A DNA stretch of 63,893 nt, the filler included, from Salisapilia sapeloensis CBS 127946 (taxonomy: Eukaryota > Protista > Oomycota), in the NCBI GenBank assembly GCA_023334545.1. It is 4 parts of 4 records of this genome, joined end to end, with 100 filler letters (N's around TTAATTAATTAA, not from the genome) between each part and the next. Parts side by side here need not be neighbours in the genome. Positions count along the whole stretch, not along the records: positions 1 to 17,177 come from JAADVB010000344.1; 3 more parts are not named here. One strand, written 5' to 3'. A model generated the notes under the pieces. It saw nothing but the letters and a program-made list of their open reading frames with translations. It ran no database searches and was not told the origin of the DNA. Positions 1-11,642 of this stretch are shown in pieces; positions within the stretch are counted from its first letter, which is position 1, and the number at the start of each line of letters is the position of its first letter. Position numbers and translations under genes: made by a program.

Positions 1-567
1 CATTATAGCCGGGATCGTCGTTGCGTTCGTGCCGTAGCCCATGTTGTAGACCACTGCAGCAGGCTTGCCGATAAACTCAGCAATCGACTCTTCCAATTCC
101 TCATGCACAGGCGTGGTGCCAAAGTCCATTGGAGAGCTGTTTGCCGAAAGTCCATACTCGTCCAAGCTCTTAAAGACCGGAGCACTGCATGTGTTCATCC
201 AGTCATCTGCAAAGCCGAGGTAGTTGTACGATCCCAGGTTAAGGCACTGTTGCGGCGGTTCATCCGATTGCACAAACGTCTTGTTACCATCCGGCGAGTA
301 GCGTCGAATTAAGTCGAGGTGTGCACCAGGCGACCCTGCCACAGGTCGATTGAACACATCCACGACGCGATGGTAGAGACGTTGGGTGTAGAATATTTCT
401 TTCGGCACGAGAATCTTGGCAAAGCCAGAGCGTGCTTCTTCCGACTTGTACCGCGAGATACCCGTAAGTCTGGCACCAAAGTCTCGTAATTGGCCAAAGA
501 ACAGTAGCACGGCATATTGCACGAGGCACATGATGGCAACGATCAAGGGCGCATTCTCCGTTGCCAT
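1..567 (-). CDS. LCB2: Serine palmitoyltransferase subunit 2 (LCB2/SPTLC2), N-terminal part; runs off the window start
   Basis: Not in the ORF track (no stop in window). Hand translation from ATG 567: MATENAPLIVAIMCLVQYAVLLFFGQLRDF...FYTQRLYHRVVDVFNRPVAGSPGA...CLNLGSYNYLGFA...HEELEESIAEFIGKPAAVVYNMGYGTNATTIPAIM. LNLGSYNYLGFA and MGYxTN are LCB2 motifs. Confidence 0.9.
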   Translation of the reverse strand, partial: MATENAPLIVAIMCLVQYAVLLFFGQLRDFGARLTGISRYKSEEARSGFAKILVPKEIFYTQRLYHRVVDVFNRPVAGSPGAHLDLIRRYSPDGNKTFVQSDEPPQQCLNLGSYNYLGFADDWMNTCSAPVFKSLDEYGLSANSSPMDFGTTPVHEELEESIAEFIGKPAAVVYNMGYGTNATTIPAIM

Positions 568-1061
568 GGTGATGAGTCCGTCTTTTCGTCAATTGATAAA
601 ATGAAGTCTTTTTCTGTGAGTGTATGGGACGTTTGCTTCGGTTCTGGCCGCCACAACTAATCGCAGACCTAGACGCACACTTGAGACGAAGCGGCTTCAT
701 GATTACGCTACCGGTCGATGGGTGGTACAGAGGTGGTACATATCGGAGTGTCCTAGTATACAGTCCTTCTTTCTCGCAAAAATAGTTTGATTGCTGCGAG
801 ATATGTCTTCCCGATGATATCGCGTTTCGATGGTTTATAGCTATTTGCTTCGTGCACACGTGTAGTTGACTTTGGTATAGCTTTATATCTGATCTAGAAT
901 GGCAATTGTTGCTTTTAACGATAGACGAATGGACTTGGAGATAAGATGCGAAGATCGAGGATAGAGAAGAGTATGCAACAAGCAAGAGCAAGAGCAATCT
1001 AGACATGTGTTGTCGGCTTGATATCAAGTTGCTTTTCGTCAAGTTGCTACTTCGTGATCCA

Positions 1062-2054
1062 TTAACTATATTCCGAGGTCATAAACGCAGCGCCCATTGC
1101 GGCGGACGTGATGCGCAACGTCGTCGTGACGGTGCCCCTTGCTGCCATCAGCGCAGGCATACTCATCGCCTTGGCCAAGCGCACATAGGGCGTGAGGAAA
1201 CGCTCTAGGGTTTGGCCTAGTGGCGTATGGCGCGCAAAGGTCAGCGGCCGCTCAATGCACTTCATATACACCTTGTCGATTAAGTTGCCACGATGGGACA
1301 CGTACACGTTGTTGCGGTGCAATCGGACGCTCGCGTCATACCCGGACTTGGTGGTGTAGCCACATAAGACGTAGCTGCCACTCACTTTCTTCACGACAAA
1401 CTCGAGTTGATCTATGGGTTTTAAGAGCGCTGATGGATATGGGCCGAATCCTTCCATCCGGACAAAGTCACCAATCTGAGGCTCCATACCGTTCGGATCG
1501 TACTGTAGGATGATGCGGACTTCACCTAGCATATTCATCTGACCCTTTTTCTTTCCTTTCGATCCATCCACATTCACGCTGTCCACGCCACTATTGATCG
1601 TTACCCATTGATCTAACACTTCTTCACGACCTTCGAGTAAACCTGTAAAGTCCAAAGCGGCTGTGCCGATGAGAGACCCGGTGGTCATACCCACGGACTC
1701 GGTCGCACGACCTTTAATTAACGAATCCTCATTCATGACGTCGATTTGCAATTCCATGCGCACATTCGAATGCTCTGTCAACGGATTCCGTTGCAAGTCG
1801 AGCTTTGGTACCCTCATGGTAAAGTTCTCTCGACGCCACGATGGGTTGCCTGAGTTTTGAATCGTTCGACTACGTGCTTGGGAACGGCCGAGACGAAAAA
1901 TCACATACGGATTACAAGTTCGCAGCCAGAACATGGAAGCTGCGGCCTGCAAATTACGCGCTTCCACAAGACGGATGGACAATGCGCCCGCAACACCATG
2001 TTGGTGCCCCAAATGCTTCTGATGAAGCTCGGTAGTAGCTTCCGGGAGCGCCAT
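1062..2054 (-). CDS. C2-domain protein
   Basis: 330-aa ORF. LSIRLVEARNL...CNPYVIFRLG...SRTIQNSGNPSW..ENF...LQIDVMNED...LIGTAALDF...DQWVTI...GEVRIILQY is a C2 beta-sandwich pattern. Confidence 0.75.
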   Translation of the reverse strand: MALPEATTELHQKHLGHQHGVAGALSIRLVEARNLQAAASMFWLRTCNPYVIFRLGRSQARSRTIQNSGNPSWRRENFTMRVPKLDLQRNPLTEHSNVRMELQIDVMNEDSLIKGRATESVGMTTGSLIGTAALDFTGLLEGREEVLDQWVTINSGVDSVNVDGSKGKKKGQMNMLGEVRIILQYDPNGMEPQIGDFVRMEGFGPYPSALLKPIDQLEFVVKKVSGSYVLCGYTTKSGYDASVRLHRNNVYVSHRGNLIDKVYMKCIERPLTFARHTPLGQTLERFLTPYVRLAKAMSMPALMAARGTVTTTLRITSAAMGAAFMTSEYS

Positions 2055-2349
2055 TAAAGCGACGTATGCAGCTCTCTTCCGATTTTCACGTGTACTCAGA
2101 TGTCAGTCTGTTCATATACAAAAGTCAACAGTGCTCCTCTCATATCATTTAACTTGTAAAACGTACCATCGACCTTGTATATATGTTTTTTAAATTCGTG
2201 TACATTCTTTTTTTCCAATCAAACTTGCGCATTATCAGATGATCAACATTCGTATTGGTCTATATCTCTTCGTTTCGTGTGCGAATTAGCAAACTCTGCA
2301 CACCATTCGAATCACAGCTCTTCGCGTCGAGCATTATCTACTTGACAAC

Positions 2350-3876
2350 ATGGTGAAGAATACGAAGGGAGGTATCAATAAGAAGAAGGCGTCTGCGGAC
2401 AATCCGCACCGGGAGGTGCCGAAGCGGCAGCGTGCTGCCAATATGCGTGATAAATCCACCATCCAGCGGCTGAACATGTACCGGAATAGCGGTCCGATTC
2501 GGAACAAGGCTGGCAAAATCGTTGGAGGCAGTCTCATGCGTAAAGATCAGTCTGGCGGGCAAGAGATCACTAGTGCCAATGGACGTGTCCAGCCCGACCG
2601 TCGCTGGTTCGGTAATACGCGTGTCGTCGGTCAAAAGGAGTTGGATAAATTCCGTTCCGAAATGTCGCTCCAAGCATCCGACCCGTACTCTGTCCTCCTT
2701 CGTACGCGTAAATTGCCCATGGGTCTCCTCCAGGATGAACAGGCTGAAAAAGTGACTCGAATGAAACTATTGGAAACCGAGAGCTACTCGGACGTTTTTG
2801 ACGGCAAACGAGCTCGGAAGCGTGCTAAGGTCGGTGCATCCGACTACGCATCTCTCGTCTCGAAAGCTCAGGAAAGTGCCGAGCAATATGAAGCTAAAGG
2901 CAGTGACTCGAACATCAAGGAGGAAGTCGACTTTAAAGACAGTGTCTCGCACGATGTCTTTAGCAAAGGTCAGTCGAAACGTATTTGGGGAGAACTTTAC
3001 AAGGTTTTGGATTGTTCCGACGTGGTGATCCAAGTCTTGGATGCTCGAAACGTCCCTGGCACACGTTGTGAGCATGTGGAAAAGTATTTGAAGAAGCATG
3101 CTGCGCACAAACACTTGATCTTTGTCATTAACAAATGTGATCTCGTGCCGAACTGGGTCGTGAAGAAGTGGATGCAGAGGCTCAGTGAGACGACACCGAC
3201 GCTTGCTTTTCACGCAAGTATGTCCAGTCCGTTCGGTAAAGGTGCCTTAATCAACCTCCTGCGTCAATTTGCCAAGCTCCATCAAGATAAGAAACAGATC
3301 TCGGTCGGCATGATCGGATACCCGAACGTCGGTAAAAGTAGTGTCATCAACGCGTTGCGTAAGAAGCGCGTGTGTAAGGTGGCTCCGATTCCAGGCGAGA
3401 CCAAGGTCTGGCAGTACATTACGCTCATGCGTCGTATCTTCCTCATCGATTGTCCTGGTATTGTGTACGACTCTGGAGATGATGAGACGGAAACGGTGTT
3501 GAAAGGTGTCGTGCGAGCCGAGAGGCTGCCGCAGCCAACGGACTTTATCTCTGCAATTCTCGAACGCACTCGTAAGGACTTGATCACTCGTGTCTACGCC
3601 ATTGAAGAGTGGAAGGACGAGTGGGATTTCCTGGAACAACTCGCAAAGAAGAGCGGAAAGCTGTTACCCAAGGGTGAACCGGACTACAATAACGTTGCCG
3701 TGCAAGTGCTGAACGACTTCCAACGCGGAAAGATCCCATGGTTCGTTGCGCCACCGATGAAAGAAGGTGAAGAGATGACGGATGAGAAACCGATTAACGA
3801 AATCGAAGTTGAGGAAGAAGAGGTAGAGGTGGACGAGGAAGATGCTAGTGTAGAAGAAGAAGAGAAAGAAGAGTAA
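2350..3876 (+). CDS. NOG2: Nucleolar GTP-binding protein 2 (NOG2/GNL2)
   Basis: [42 protein letters not shown] (G4), GYPNVGKSS (G1) and DCPG (G3) in circularly permuted order; acidic tail. Confidence 0.95.
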   Translation: MVKNTKGGINKKKASADNPHREVPKRQRAANMRDKSTIQRLNMYRNSGPIRNKAGKIVGGSLMRKDQSGGQEITSANGRVQPDRRWFGNTRVVGQKELDKFRSEMSLQASDPYSVLLRTRKLPMGLLQDEQAEKVTRMKLLETESYSDVFDGKRARKRAKVGASDYASLVSKAQESAEQYEAKGSDSNIKEEVDFKDSVSHDVFSKGQSKRIWGELYKVLDCSDVVIQVLDARNVPGTRCEHVEKYLKKHAAHKHLIFVINKCDLVPNWVVKKWMQRLSETTPTLAFHASMSSPFGKGALINLLRQFAKLHQDKKQISVGMIGYPNVGKSSVINALRKKRVCKVAPIPGETKVWQYITLMRRIFLIDCPGIVYDSGDDETETVLKGVVRAERLPQPTDFISAILERTRKDLITRVYAIEEWKDEWDFLEQLAKKSGKLLPKGEPDYNNVAVQVLNDFQRGKIPWFVAPPMKEGEEMTDEKPINEIEVEEEEVEVDEEDASVEEEEKEE

Positions 3877-3890
3877 TCGATTTTTTGTGT

Positions 3891-6800
3891 TTATTCGACC
3901 TTGATCGGACCGAGTACTGCCTTGAGTTCATCCGATACATCCACGCCTTCCGTCGTAATGTACTCTTGTAGTAGCTCGGACAGTTCCTTTTCTTCCGCCA
4001 GAACGTTTTCCAATTGGACTTTGGGTAGCCGTAAAAGCATCGGGAAGGAGGCTGGTTGCACTAATGCTGCGCACTTGACGAATCCAGTCCATAACGCTTC
4101 TTCCATCTCCCACACCTTCCGATCGACTAGCGTATCGAGTAACGTTGCCACATCCTGCTTTAACGTCGAGTACTTTTGGACAGTCACCATGAGCGTCCGT
4201 AGCGCTAGCTTTGGCACTGGGTCTTTTCCGATCAAGACACCGCATACGTGTAATAGGATATCGGATGGGAAGGCATGTCGGTGCGAAACACACTTGTCGA
4301 TAGCTGACACGACAGGTTTCTGGAGCTTCGTGTCCGTTCGGATGTCAATGTCATGGAGAGCGATTAGTAGATCCACAGGCGTCACGAGCTGCGGCGGACG
4401 TGCTTCCAGCAACTGATTCAACGCTTCATCTGCGTCCGGTAGGGTCACCAGCTCCGGTAAAAGCGGATACAAGGCCTTCTTATTCATACCTGGAAGCACC
4501 GGTATCAACAAGGACGCTGCATTCGGAATATCCGAGTGAGCAGTATACAACTGCAGTGCTTGAGCCACGAGTTCATCTGCGTCTCCAGACTCGAGACGCA
4601 AGTTCCGACCGATGGACAGGATTTTAATCACGTGCCTCATAAAGTCTAGTGAAGACGGTGGGAAACCATGGAGATGGTTCAAGAACGCAACGTTCCCTCG
4701 CTGTCCAAAAAGTTTAATCAGCTTGTCAGTTGCTTGGAAAATGGCGCTTTGAGACGTTGCCCCAGCATCGCCATAGGCAGTCACTAAGTGATGGAATAAA
4801 GAAGGCTTTTTCACACACAAGGCAAGGAATAGTTCCAACCGACGCACCACTTCTTCACTCGAATCCAACGCCTTGGACAGATTCATCTTCTCTTGCATCG
4901 TCCCGGCATAAGTATTCAATTCCGCTTCTAAAGCTTCCTCTCGTTCCTTGGCAACTTGTATCTGTTGACCTACGTACGTGGACGTATCTACTGGTGTGTC
5001 ATGAGGTTCATTCTTAATCGACATATCTTGATCCTCCGACTTGGTCTCTTGAATCGAATGCACGAGGTGGATAGCAAACTCTTCGATCGGACCATTCAGC
5101 GCTTCAAAGCCGTACAATTGGTTCGCGACACATCGAACCGGTGCATTCCGAGTAGTAGAGTCTGGATGACAAGTATAGCGCAGGAGGAGTCGTAGCGTCG
5201 CTTTCTCTGCAACCTTCCGATCCCGCGTCAAGTCACGTAAGACCGCAACAGCGAGTGTGACACCTGTCTGTTGGTCGAATAACGACGTTAGCACTTGTAG
5301 CAATTCGACATGCACCACCGGTAGCTTCGCTACGAGCGACGCAAAGAGTTTTCGATCACTTGCTGATGACAGATCGATTACTCGACTAAGTTCATCGAAA
5401 AAGTAGCGGACCATGTGACGATACACTGTATCGTTTGTAGTGGTAGAAGCTTGGGAGCGCAAGTACTCTTGATAAAAGAGATTCGTCGCGAGGTTACTAC
5501 GTTTCCGAACGTCTTCCAATACAAAATTTAATACGTTTTCGTATGATGAAGGGATCTTGGTCGTATGAGACGATAGGAACCATTCACTTGCAGCTAAGCG
5601 ACTGATCACATGTTCACGCAGACTATCATGCCCACTCACGCTCGTACCGTACTCGTTCTGAAGAATACGATCTAAAGCACCCATAGCCATCTCCTTACAC
5701 CATTTCTCTTCCGTCTGTTTTAAATGCACTTGGATTGTATTGTCTTCAGCGACGGAGATCACAGGCTCTGCGATCGTTGCGGCGTTCTTGGATAGCCAGT
5801 CGGCGACTTCATCGATAGACGTACTGTCAAAGACAGGGACGAGAGATGGCTTTACCTGTTGCGCGAGGCGAGGATCCTTTCGACGACGAGGATCCTGCAT
5901 CCGCTTTGCACTCGTTTCAATCGCATAGGCAGAGGATGGAGTAGCTAGTTTCGATAGCAATGATGTCATACGAGACTTTAGCTCACTAGGTGGTAGCTCG
6001 AGATTCGTGTTGGATGGAGCAGACGGCATGTCGGAAGAGAAGCTTTCCAAGACAAGATCGACAACAGATGCGGAGGGTAGATTGACGAGGTTGTCGTGTG
6101 TGAGGCTGCCGGAGGTAGCGCTACTGTCTTGTGGAGCGTACTTACGACGACGTTTCCACGGTTGCGTATTTTCCTCTTCGTTCTCGACACTACGCGTACG
6201 GATACGAGCTCGACGCAAAGCCGTTTCGGATGGCGCAGACACATACTTTCGCCGTGGCTCTTTACTTTTTGAAACAGCTCTTGAAGCTCGCTCAGATGCT
6301 CCTAAAGCAAAGAGAACGTCTGTCATTTCGTCTGCAAAGTTCTGAGCGGGTGGAAGAGCGAGGAGTTTAATGAGATTCGCCTTGAGTGTCGCTTGGACGA
6401 CACCATCCGAAAAGCCTGGAAAAGCTTCAGACGTACAATGTAACAGGATGGGAAGTAACTGGTCCAAGAGCTGAGGACGTAACGCAGATAACAAGGATAA
6501 CGAATTGATCGCAACACAATGCTCATGGCGATCTAACTGGTACAAACCTGACATGCCGTCGTTTTGGATGCGAGACATCAAGCAAGATGTAATAGAAGCA
6601 CCTTTTCCCTCCAATTCACTCTTTTTCAAGATCGGATGGTTGGCAGGAACGCGGTCAATCGTCCATTCATCCGGCTTGACATTCGATCGAGCTTCATCTC
6701 GATACACTGTCGCATCTGCTGCACTCATACAGATCAGACACAGGCTCTCCAATAGCTTCCATGCTCGTAGCCACACTTTATCACTGCGACCTGTGCCATT

Positions 6801-7286
6801 AGACAGTCGTAGCTCGAGAGGTCCCTTCTCTACAGCAGTCATAACGCCATCTATCATACCCATATACGCTTTCCACAACGCAGATAAATCATCTGACTCT
6901 GCTTTAGCGTCACATAGCGTCTGGAAGCATGCGGAGAGGTGCTGCGCAACAGATCGTAACGCTGTTAATAGATGCTGTTCACTAGCAGAACGATCGCCTA
7001 GCAACGACGTCGCTACATGCAATAGTTCCGTCTGGTAGGTAGGTGCATAGGCAGCTCCTGCATCCAGTAAAGAAAGCAATGTCGACGTAACGTCGTCGCC
7101 TCGGTCGCTGTCCTTCAGCGGTCGTAGAAATGGTAGCGCCACTTGCAACAAGAGCTTCTCGGACGAAGTGTCTTTATGCATCACAATGTCATACACATTT
7201 TTCAATGCATCTACGACGTCTTTCGATGAGGAGAGCGTCGGTATCGCTTCCAAGGACGTCCGTAGCTGGTGCTCCAGATCACTCAT
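3891..7286 (-). CDS. SYMPK: Symplekin/Pta1 (3'-end processing scaffold)
   Basis: Single ~1131-aa ORF (first ATG 7286). N-domain IDRVPANHPIL, central DPRRRKDPRL, C-terminal PKLALRT...LVDRKVWE...LWTGFVKCA...SFPMLLRLP. Confidence 0.85.
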   Translation of the reverse strand: MSDLEHQLRTSLEAIPTLSSSKDVVDALKNVYDIVMHKDTSSEKLLLQVALPFLRPLKDSDRGDDVTSTLLSLLDAGAAYAPTYQTELLHVATSLLGDRSASEQHLLTALRSVAQHLSACFQTLCDAKAESDDLSALWKAYMGMIDGVMTAVEKGPLELRLSNGTGRSDKVWLRAWKLLESLCLICMSAADATVYRDEARSNVKPDEWTIDRVPANHPILKKSELEGKGASITSCLMSRIQNDGMSGLYQLDRHEHCVAINSLSLLSALRPQLLDQLLPILLHCTSEAFPGFSDGVVQATLKANLIKLLALPPAQNFADEMTDVLFALGASERASRAVSKSKEPRRKYVSAPSETALRRARIRTRSVENEEENTQPWKRRRKYAPQDSSATSGSLTHDNLVNLPSASVVDLVLESFSSDMPSAPSNTNLELPPSELKSRMTSLLSKLATPSSAYAIETSAKRMQDPRRRKDPRLAQQVKPSLVPVFDSTSIDEVADWLSKNAATIAEPVISVAEDNTIQVHLKQTEEKWCKEMAMGALDRILQNEYGTSVSGHDSLREHVISRLAASEWFLSSHTTKIPSSYENVLNFVLEDVRKRSNLATNLFYQEYLRSQASTTTNDTVYRHMVRYFFDELSRVIDLSSASDRKLFASLVAKLPVVHVELLQVLTSLFDQQTGVTLAVAVLRDLTRDRKVAEKATLRLLLRYTCHPDSTTRNAPVRCVANQLYGFEALNGPIEEFAIHLVHSIQETKSEDQDMSIKNEPHDTPVDTSTYVGQQIQVAKEREEALEAELNTYAGTMQEKMNLSKALDSSEEVVRRLELFLALCVKKPSLFHHLVTAYGDAGATSQSAIFQATDKLIKLFGQRGNVAFLNHLHGFPPSSLDFMRHVIKILSIGRNLRLESGDADELVAQALQLYTAHSDIPNAASLLIPVLPGMNKKALYPLLPELVTLPDADEALNQLLEARPPQLVTPVDLLIALHDIDIRTDTKLQKPVVSAIDKCVSHRHAFPSDILLHVCGVLIGKDPVPKLALRTLMVTVQKYSTLKQDVATLLDTLVDRKVWEMEEALWTGFVKCAALVQPASFPMLLRLPKVQLENVLAEEKELSELLQEYITTEGVDVSDELKAVLGPIKVE

Positions 7287-7419
7287 CACTTCTTGTATGA
7301 GTTTGTGGTTTACAGCGTAGAATTAGCCTTCCAATGATAAAGTGTGTTTGAAATTAGTCGAGTTGAAGAAAAATGGCCCTTTTAGACACAATTCCTCAGT
7401 ACAGTGGATTCCAAGGAAG

Positions 7420-8376
7420 ATGAATCGGATTTTCGGAAAAAAGAAACCGGAGGCACCACAAGCGAATATTGGAGATATATCATCTAAAGTGGATGGACGT
7501 GTTGCTGACTTAGATGCAAAGGTATTGGTTTTTAAAGCGAATTGGAAGAGATAGGAGATCATTCATGGGTGCATTCGGATAGATTACGAAGCTTAATGAA
7601 GAATTACGCAAGTATAAAGAGCAGGTACTTTGATCTAGAGCTTGTAATAATATACTTACAACTAAAGTACAAGTGTGTGGTGGTAGATGGCCAAGGCGAG
7701 GGGACCAGCTCTAAATGCCTTGAAACAACGAGCCATGCAAACGCTTAAACGGAAGAAGATGTACGAGCAGCAGCGTGACAACTTGACTGCCCAATCCTTT
7801 AATATTGAGCAGGTACCAGCACTCAATCATTCCGTTGTATTAATGCACTCAATTAAGGTGTAGGCTTCATTTGCTATCGAAACGACGAAAGACTCGTTGG
7901 ACACTGTGTCAGCCATGAAGTCCGCTGCCACTCAGCTCAAGACAGAGTCTCAAAAGATCAATATGGATGATCTAGAGGTATATAGTTGTTTGATGTGCTA
8001 TAAGAAAACCTATGCACTAAGTGGCTTGTAGGATGTGCAAGACGATTTGGCAGAGATGATGGAAGACATGAACGAGATACAAGATATGATGGGTCGCTCC
8101 TATGGGTATAATAGTATAGCATACTCTCTCCTGGCGCACGACACTTACTTAGGGCTACTGTGTAGTATTGGTGACGAAATTGATGAGAGTGAGTTGGAAG
8201 CAGAGCTTGCTGACTTGGAAGATGAATGGGCTGAACTGGACAACGAAGAGGCGACGGCCGAACAATCTCCAGCATACCTTACACAAGACCCTTCGCTCCC
8301 ATCTGCTCCGTCGAACGTCCCAGAGAGACAGAGCAATCGCACAGCCGATCAGTTCGGTCTTCCTCTCATCAACTAG
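7420..8376 (+). CDS. CHMP5: ESCRT-III CHMP5/Vps60 (Snf7 family), 6 exons
   Basis: Spliced through GT-AG introns: MNRIFGKKK...DAK|[14 protein letters not shown]|MAKARGP...[21 protein letters not shown]...QSFNIEQ|[10 protein letters not shown]...|[12 protein letters not shown]...GRSYG|[14 protein letters not shown]. Confidence 0.9.
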
Positions 8377-9620
8377 TTTAGATGATACTCAGATCATCGT
8401 ACTAGATCCTATGTCTGAATATACCGGCGGGACTGACTGTGTATACTTTCAGCACGTATTACGCATGTCTGTCGAGCCTTCTTTTATCCTACACGCGTCA
8501 TCTGCACTTAGTATTTGCCATGTTGATATTTGCTTCCTCGTGGCAATTGTGAGTGATAAAAGACAAATCTATATTGTACTTGAAAGATAGAAACACTTGG
8601 AGATTGCCATCTATCTCGGTCGAGCTTCTGCTGTGAGGGTTAAAGAACTTTACTTGCATAGGATGGTATTAGAACTCTTGCTGAAACAATGTTTGGGTTG
8701 TGTACTTCTCATGGTAACCAACTCAAGTATCGTATTTATATGTTTGGTAACGCTGTAACAGTGATGACTGCGGCAATACCGTCAGTAGACTTGTTTTTCT
8801 GACAAGTCTTTCGGAAGTGGAGTAAGACAATAGTGGTCATTGAACTTACCATCGTGACTGATAGAAACAATCCATTTATCTCGGCTTGTTAAACAGAGCC
8901 ATGAAGGTATATTTCGTGGCGTCCTTTAATTGGCACGACTTACTACAGGCATATGAGAAATATGGGAAAGTTTGACAGAATTCACGAAACAGCACAAGCA
9001 AATGAACGTTTATACTACCTTTAGTTGTAGGATGTTGAACGGATAAAGATCAACTTCGAGTTACAGCATCCCCAGTTGAGCTCGATACATCGCTATCCAT
9101 GCTGCTCCAAACGTGAGACTTTGAAAGTAGTGGTAGGCTTATAACCAAGATTATCAAACAGTTTGAGTGTATTCAATCGACCTGTAGGTAGGTTCTATCA
9201 ACAGAGCGGACAGATGCGTTCAGCATTTAACAGGTGCACTACGAATGAATTCACCTTTTCCAGCAACATTAGAAAGTAATAACCAACTTCTAATTGCGAT
9301 TCATGATAGAAACAAGCGTCACTACTTTAAGATAGAGACATTACACTTCTGTTTCACATCAAGGAGATCTCATAGCTAAGCAAGTCGTACTATCCTCCAC
9401 GTCCGAATAACCTTCATTCACCAAAATTTTCAAACTATGAATTCTCTCTTTTTCTATCCTACTTGCAAATCTGCATCCAATCGATCTGTGTATTCCTATA
9501 CCAAATCGCGTTCTACCTGGAATTGCAAATCTCCACCAACCCACTACAGCCAATGAAACACGCACAAACTTCAGCTCGAGCCTTAGCACCACTTCATTAG
9601 TGGTTTGTATCTCGAGTACG

Positions 9621-11501
9621 ATGGCACCCAAGTCGAAGAGCGAACGCAAGGCAAAGAGAGAGAATCGCAAGGCTGCTGCGAACGAAAAGAAGAAAGAAGA
9701 TGCAAACAAAGCCTTTGAAAACCTTTCGCTAGCAGACCAATTGGCGGAAGAAGGTATCATCGCCACGTGCTCGCACAATGTTCGCGACGTCGACAAGAAC
9801 TTTAAAGACATTAACGTCTCGAACATGAGCGTCACGTACTTTGGTAAAGTCCTAATTGAAGACAGCGACATTTCGCTCAATTACGGCAACCGATATGGTC
9901 TTATCGGTCGCAATGGGTCCGGTAAATCGACATTTATGAACGTCCTCGGTGCCCGAGGTGTGCCGATTCCGGACAACATTGACATCTACCACCTTCGTCA
10001 CGAAATCGAAGCCAGTGACATGACGGCATTGGAAGCCGTCTTGACGGTCGATGAAGAGCGTAACAAGCTCCAGAAGGAGGCAGATGAGCTTTCTGAAAAG
10101 TTAGCGGACGATACCTTGTCGGACGAAGAGAGCGAGTCGATCTCTGACCGATTGACGGACTTGTTCGACCGACTGGAAGAGTTGGACGCTGACACGGCTG
10201 AAGCTCGTGCTCGTTCGATCCTCCGTGGTCTAACGTTTTCGAACGAAATGATGTCGAAGAAGACGCGAGACTTTTCCGGTGGATGGCGTATGCGTATCTC
10301 TCTCGCTCGTGCCTTGTTCATCCAACCGACGCTCTTGCTATTGGATGAACCGACGAATCACTTGGATATGGAAGCCGTTGTGTGGCTTGAAGACTACTTG
10401 TCCAAGTGGAAGAAAATTCTGCTCATGATTTCACACTCGCAAGAGTTTATGAACTCTGTTTGTACGAACATTATTGACCTTCGTAACAAACGATTGGAGT
10501 ACTACTCTGGTAACTACGACGTGTACGTCAAGACGCGTGAAGAGAAGGAAGAGAATCAGATGAAGCGATACAATTGGGAGCAGGATCAGATCAAACACAT
10601 GAAAGAGTACATTGCTCGCTTCGGTCACGGTAACGCTAAGTTGGCGCGTCAAGCTCAGAGTAAAGAGAAGACGCTTGCCAAGATGGTTCGTGACGGACTC
10701 ACGGAGAAGGTCGTCAAGGATCAGACAGCCGACTTTAAGTTCCCGAACCCAGAGAAACTGCCTCCTCCGGTCCTCATGTTCCAGAACGTGTCCTTCGGAT
10801 ACCCCAACTCGCCTCTCCTCTACTCGGACGTTGAAATGGGATTGGATCTCGACTCTCGAGTCGCTCTCGTCGGTGCCAACGGTGCAGGCAAAACGACGCT
10901 TCTCAAGCTGATCACAGGCGACCTCATTCCTGTGTCTGGTAACGTCCGTCCCCACAGCAAGCTGCGTGTGGCTCGATTCAACCAGCACTTTGTGGACGTC
11001 CTAGACTTGGAACAGACGCCACTAGAGTACTTCCGCACTATCACTGGCAAGAGCATTGAAGAAGTGCGCTCTTATCTCGGTCGATACGGTGTCTCTGGTG
11101 AAGTCCAGACGCAGGTGATGGGTCAATTATCTGACGGACAGAAGAGTCGAGTCGTGTTTGCGTACATGGCGACGCAGAACGCACACATGTTGCTACTGGA
11201 TGAGCCGACGAATCACTTGGATATGGAAAGTATTGACGCATTGGCGCGGGCGATTAATGAGTTTGAAGGTGGCATGCTCCTAGTTAGTCACGACATGCGT
11301 TTGATTTCACAAGTGGCGAAAGAAATTTGGCTCGTTGAAGACCGAAAGATTCGTGTGTACGAAGGAGAGATCTCGGACTTTAAGATGCGTGTCCGTAAGC
11401 AGCTCAAGTTGGACAACAATGATGCGAACGGCGTGTCTTCTGCCACGAATGGTGCGTCCATGAGCCGAGCGGCGAAGGAGGCTGCGCAGGCGAATGCTTA
11501 A
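9621..11501 (+). CDS. ABCF2: ABC-F family ATPase (ABCF2/Arb1-like)
   Basis: Two ABC cassettes with no TM segments: GRNGSGKST/FSGGWRMR/LLLDEPTNHLD and GANGAGKTT/LSDGQKSR/LLLDEPTNHLD. Confidence 0.92.
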   Translation: MAPKSKSERKAKRENRKAAANEKKKEDANKAFENLSLADQLAEEGIIATCSHNVRDVDKNFKDINVSNMSVTYFGKVLIEDSDISLNYGNRYGLIGRNGSGKSTFMNVLGARGVPIPDNIDIYHLRHEIEASDMTALEAVLTVDEERNKLQKEADELSEKLADDTLSDEESESISDRLTDLFDRLEELDADTAEARARSILRGLTFSNEMMSKKTRDFSGGWRMRISLARALFIQPTLLLLDEPTNHLDMEAVVWLEDYLSKWKKILLMISHSQEFMNSVCTNIIDLRNKRLEYYSGNYDVYVKTREEKEENQMKRYNWEQDQIKHMKEYIARFGHGNAKLARQAQSKEKTLAKMVRDGLTEKVVKDQTADFKFPNPEKLPPPVLMFQNVSFGYPNSPLLYSDVEMGLDLDSRVALVGANGAGKTTLLKLITGDLIPVSGNVRPHSKLRVARFNQHFVDVLDLEQTPLEYFRTITGKSIEEVRSYLGRYGVSGEVQTQVMGQLSDGQKSRVVFAYMATQNAHMLLLDEPTNHLDMESIDALARAINEFEGGMLLVSHDMRLISQVAKEIWLVEDRKIRVYEGEISDFKMRVRKQLKLDNNDANGVSSATNGASMSRAAKEAAQANA

Positions 11502-11642
11502 TCCTCTTTCTTTTGTTTTCTATTTTGCCTTCCGATAGATGAGTTCCTGTAGGGCTTGTAGATGGATCCTCATAGCTCGTCTATAGATTAAAGGGCAGAA
11601 AAATAAAGATACTTTGATACGACAGAAAGGAGACGTTTCGAT

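Noticed and set aside
9413-9431. TCATTCACCAAAATTTTC resembling the oomycete INR+FPR core promoter upstream of ABCF2
   Set aside because: Spacing deviates from the consensus and short matches are common; cannot be supported without TSS data.
8377-9620. Possible cryptic exons in 8.4-9.4 kb (likewise 17.3-18.5, 25.5-26.8, 57.6-58.4 and 61.6-62.6 kb)
   Set aside because: Protein-like pieces with splice-like boundaries, but no consistent model or recognisable family.
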